64,000 nucleotides of DNA from NCBI GenBank assembly GCA_009914755.4, contig CP086569.2, positions 8,320,001 to 8,384,000 on the forward strand, in the 5' to 3' direction. A program made the translations under genes and the position numbers. The notes beneath the pieces were generated by a model. It did no database searches. It was not told where the DNA came from and worked only from the letters and a program-made list of their open reading frames with translations. Position 1 is the stretch's first letter. Every line of letters starts with the position of its first letter. This DNA comes from the human T2T-CHM13v2.0 reference genome, Homo sapiens. Of this stretch, positions 61,863-64,000 are shown piece by piece.

Positions 61863-64000
61863 GTTAATGTGTGGGACCCCAGCAACCCTCAACTGATTGT
61901 ATTCTCACCCCTATCTGACCTTATTGCTGCTCACACTCTGTCCCAGAATAAAATCCCAAGATAATGAAGAAGTGCCCCCTCATGACATGAAGCACTGCTC
62001 ACCTGGGAACTGAATTAAAGATAAATTCAGGAAGCCCTGTGGACAGAACTACTAGTGTCTCTCCCTGGTTTGGCTGTACGACAATGAAACAGTGGGAAAT
62101 GTCTGTTTTTTTGTGTGGTGTGCTCCTCTTCTTTCTAGAAGAGCAGCTTTTTTCAGCGGGAGGTGATTGGGATGCCAGCGGGTAATGGCCCACCACCCAG
62201 TTCACTGCGGATTCATGATCCACAAAAAAATAAAGAACACAGAGCCCCGTAGCCCAAGCAGAGTCACAGGCCACCAAAAGGTTGGGAGACTCAAAAGCAA
62301 GAATCGCTGAAGTGCGTCATCCATATTCCTTTAAGCAGACACCACTTACAGGTGCGTGTACACACACATACACATACATACACAAAGACACACACATATG
62401 CAGATATCCAACACTCACAACACTTTCAGAGAGTACACAGCACAGCACTTTCTTGGGTTGTGTTGTTCTGCAGGAAGCTCCACCTGGGAGGGAGCAATAC
62501 CAGGGAACACAGTAGGGCTGTATCTGGAAATCGCAGTGGGTCAAGTTTCAAAAAGATTCACCCCTACAATGTCTAGGCAGGTCTGAGGCATCTTGCAAAT
62601 CATTTTGGATTCTTAGTGATTTCCCGGTTTATTTCTAGGGCTCTGCTTGACGTTTCTTCAGGGTCTCTCATGTCTGCCCTCTCCTAGGATTGTGGGACCA
62701 ACCCAGATATCCCACAGAATAAGTAGGTGAGAGTCCACAGCCGACGCAACTCTACAAAGGTCTTTTTCTCTGCCAAGCCACAGGGACTTGTCGCTAGACA
62801 ATGGTAGCATTCATTGTGAGTCAAGCAGCGCTCACAGCTCAGGCCTGGTGTTTTGAGACTAGTGCATGGGCATTCCTGAGGCTGATTCAGGCTGTCCTGC
62901 TGTCAGAGCTGTCAGCTTGCCTAAACAGGGGAAACTGGTACAGGCAAAGCCGGCATGGTAACAGGAAAATTGCTGCCTGTGATAACCCACTGTGGGACCC
63001 TAGAAGTCATGAACTTATGGCCTCTTAGGGCTGTCTCTGTAGTCGGATATCACTGGAGAAGGAGGCATTTTGAGATTGTGTGGTGGTCATTGGAAACTGC
63101 TTGTCTAACTCAATTTTCAAAAGGGGCTGTGTGAAAACTCAGGTCCATTGGGATTAGAATGTAGTCTGTTGAGTTGTTGAGGGGTCTTTGGATGATAAAA
63201 TCAAAGCTGAGACACCAGAGGCAGGTGTCAGTGAAAGAAGGCCATACCCTTGACTTCACTTCCTCTCTTCATCCTGGATTTCACAGGGGCTCTCTAGAAA
63301 TAGCAGCATCCATGAAAAAAGCAAGTCCAAGGTAGAGCAGTCTTCTCACACCTCAAACTGGTCTCTCATGCATGCAGAAAAGGTTGAGACAGTGTTGCAG
63401 AGGACTTCTGTCATGATTACAAGCCTGAAAAATGTGTCCAGTAATGTTGTGGTACTGTAATGTTGACCAGTCATGAAAGCAAAGAAAAATCAAGGCTCAC
63501 CTGTGAGAATGAGCTGACTTGTGCTTGATTCACAGAAACATTCAAAGTTTTCTGGCAGAGAAACCGAATCCTCCTGCAACGTGCAAAGAAACTCAGCCAC
63601 TAAAAGAAGATCATGAAACACAATCTGGAAGACAGCCAACCTACCAAGATCCCTTTTGCTCCCTGAAATTTCTGGCAGCCAAAAGATCTGTTGTGAGAGG
63701 CAGTCCCATCAAGCAAAAGCTCAATGAAAGACTCCCTCCACAATGAGAAAGGTCATGCAGGGGAAGTGAAACAGAGCCTTGATTACCAGGCAAATCCAGG
63801 CATGGTTCCCTGCTACTCATCCAACAGGAATCATGAAGCCTTCCAATAAAAGTGTGAGTACAAGAGTTTCCCTGTTGGTGGCTTTAATAGGAATTTATGC
63901 TTTTAGGCAATATATAGCTGCCCAGTCATTAAAATGTGACAGTGTTTGGAAGGAAACACTCATGCAATGGACTCCCATGAGTTTGACCTCCGTGAAGTGG
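61863..64000 (+). repeat. Unit B20 (partial; window ends inside the unit)
   Basis: Landmark ttttttgcag|gttaatgtgtgggacccc at 61859. Confidence 0.7.

Larger units (their letters stand above)
54566..64000 (+). repeat. Tandem array block B (part 2): continuation after the ERV insertion (end of unit B16, then B17-B19 and partial B20)
   Basis: The host repeat resumes at 54566 (aagagaatgtgagg...gcttctgtgtcatctgtc). Unit landmarks follow at 54635, 57031, 59406 and 61863. Confidence 0.9.

Overview
The window is primate (hominoid-type) genomic DNA, identified by Alu SINEs and CpG depletion. It is not prokaryotic and has no CRISPR or operons. Almost the whole 64 kb is one old tandem array of a ~2.4-2.5 kb unit, at least 26 units, roughly 80-88% identical to each other. 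I cannot assign the unit to a named family from the sequence alone. Each unit carries the same ordered landmarks. First a short segment of ~150-165 bp bounded by acceptor-like and donor-like splice motifs, with an internal ATG. Then a hypervariable T-rich microsatellite, a conserved 21-bp hairpin followed by AATAAA, and a (CA)n/(GT)n block. No unit has an intact long ORF. Every six-frame ORF is 200 aa or shorter and is either low-complexity or interrupted.

The array is in two blocks of opposite orientation. Units at 1-11,970 lie on the minus strand relative to the rest. An asymmetric head-to-head breakpoint at ~11,970 joins them to plus-oriented units at 11,971-48,403 and 54,566-64,000.

The plus block is interrupted at 48,404-54,565 by a ~6.2 kb ERV1-class provirus. 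It has ~360-380 bp LTRs, a tRNA-Glu-type primer-binding site, a polypurine tract, and recognisable gag (CCHC knuckle), protease, reverse transcriptase (YIDD) and integrase remnants. Most of env is missing. It is flanked by an imperfect 4-5 bp duplication.

Unit B6 carries two minus-oriented Alu elements. One is old and full-length. The other is a young 5'-truncated right arm. Both were inserted at the same TTTT|AAAA nick site.

Four units carry internal deletions of 0.65-1.45 kb and one carries a ~0.45 kb internal tandem duplication.
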